A stretch of DNA of 64,000 nt from contig JBBAEW010000002.1 of assembly GCA_041655695.1 (NCBI GenBank), positions 27,927-91,926 of the forward strand, given 5' to 3'. A program made the translations under genes and the position numbers. The stretch's first letter is position 1, and every line of letters begins with the position of its first letter. Below are positions 63,761-64,000 of this stretch, piece by piece. The DNA comes from Saccharofermentanales bacterium (GTDB lineage Bacteria; Bacillota; Clostridia; Saccharofermentanales; DTU023). The notes under the pieces are model-generated. The model saw only the letters and a program-made list of their open reading frames with translations. It ran no database searches and was not told where the DNA came from.

Positions 63761-64000
63761 TCAGTTTTTTCCGCTTTTGTCCAGGGACTCCCTGCGGTAA
63801 AGGCGGATCAGGGCCTGGGTGCCGTAGTCCTCTTCCCCCTCCTCTGCCATCTGTTGGTAAAGACCCAAAACCGTATGCAGCATGGGCAGGTGGGTGTGGC
63901 GCTCGGCCATTTCATCCTCGACAATCTGCATATCCTTGATGAAGTGCTTGATGAAAAAACCCGGGTCATGGTCGCCTGACAAAAGACGGGGCGCCATGTT
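63761..64000 (-). CDS. C-terminal part of a 3-hydroxyisobutyrate / 6-phosphogluconate dehydrogenase-family NAD(P) oxidoreductase (5' end beyond window)
   Basis: Frame is open to the window edge. PGFFIKHFIKDMQI matches the PGF....M.KDL motif of the HIBADH C-terminal domain. Confidence 0.5.
   Translation of the reverse strand, partial: NMAPRLLSGDHDPGFFIKHFIKDMQIVEDEMAERHTHLPMLHTVLGLYQQMAEEGEEDYGTQALIRLYRRESLDKSGKN

Overview
The window is a high-GC, gene-dense chromosomal segment. Its hallmarks point to a Gram-positive anaerobe (Bacillota, probably Clostridia): veg-ispE synteny, an LCP protein, CcdA/ResA-type redox genes, ComFC-RecD2, an S-box riboswitch on metK, and Cheo-type LexA boxes. I found about 60 protein genes, 4 tRNAs (Arg-ACG, Phe-GAA, Asp-GUC, Val-UAC), one clear SAM-I riboswitch, and several intrinsic terminators and sigma-A-like promoters. 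I saw no rRNA, CRISPR array, transposase or integrase. Most genes are housekeeping: rlmB, metK, upp, rpiB, serS, dtd, ispE, veg, mnmA, yebC and others. The accessory or unusual content is as follows. (1) The best candidate for an undescribed system is at 8.9-11.9 kb. A promoter carrying two LexA boxes drives small ORF - Y-family polymerase - paralogous small ORF, joined by ATGA overlaps. An Abi_2/HEPN gene follows 38 nt later with no terminator. (2) A compact Tad/Flp-like filament locus lies at 17.3-22.4 kb. It has a 58-codon prepilin ORF missing from the ORF track, a fused TadB/C-like platform, a TadZ-position protein with a degenerate P-loop, and an FHA protein. No prepilin peptidase is present. 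(3) An AT-rich islet beside a tRNA cluster carries an orphan HTH-nucleotidyltransferase fusion. (4) A P-loop/Asp23 fusion gene sits directly after yebC. (5) A roughly 490 nt ORF-poor, hairpin-rich region lies upstream of mnmA, next to an XRE regulator and a degenerate kinase-fold protein. (6) A 13.6 kb co-directional cluster (ygeW/ygeY/ygfK/ssnA/hyuA plus a molybdenum hydroxylase) is of the type linked to anaerobic purine or urate catabolism. All functional calls rest on motif and family recognition by eye; no database search was run.
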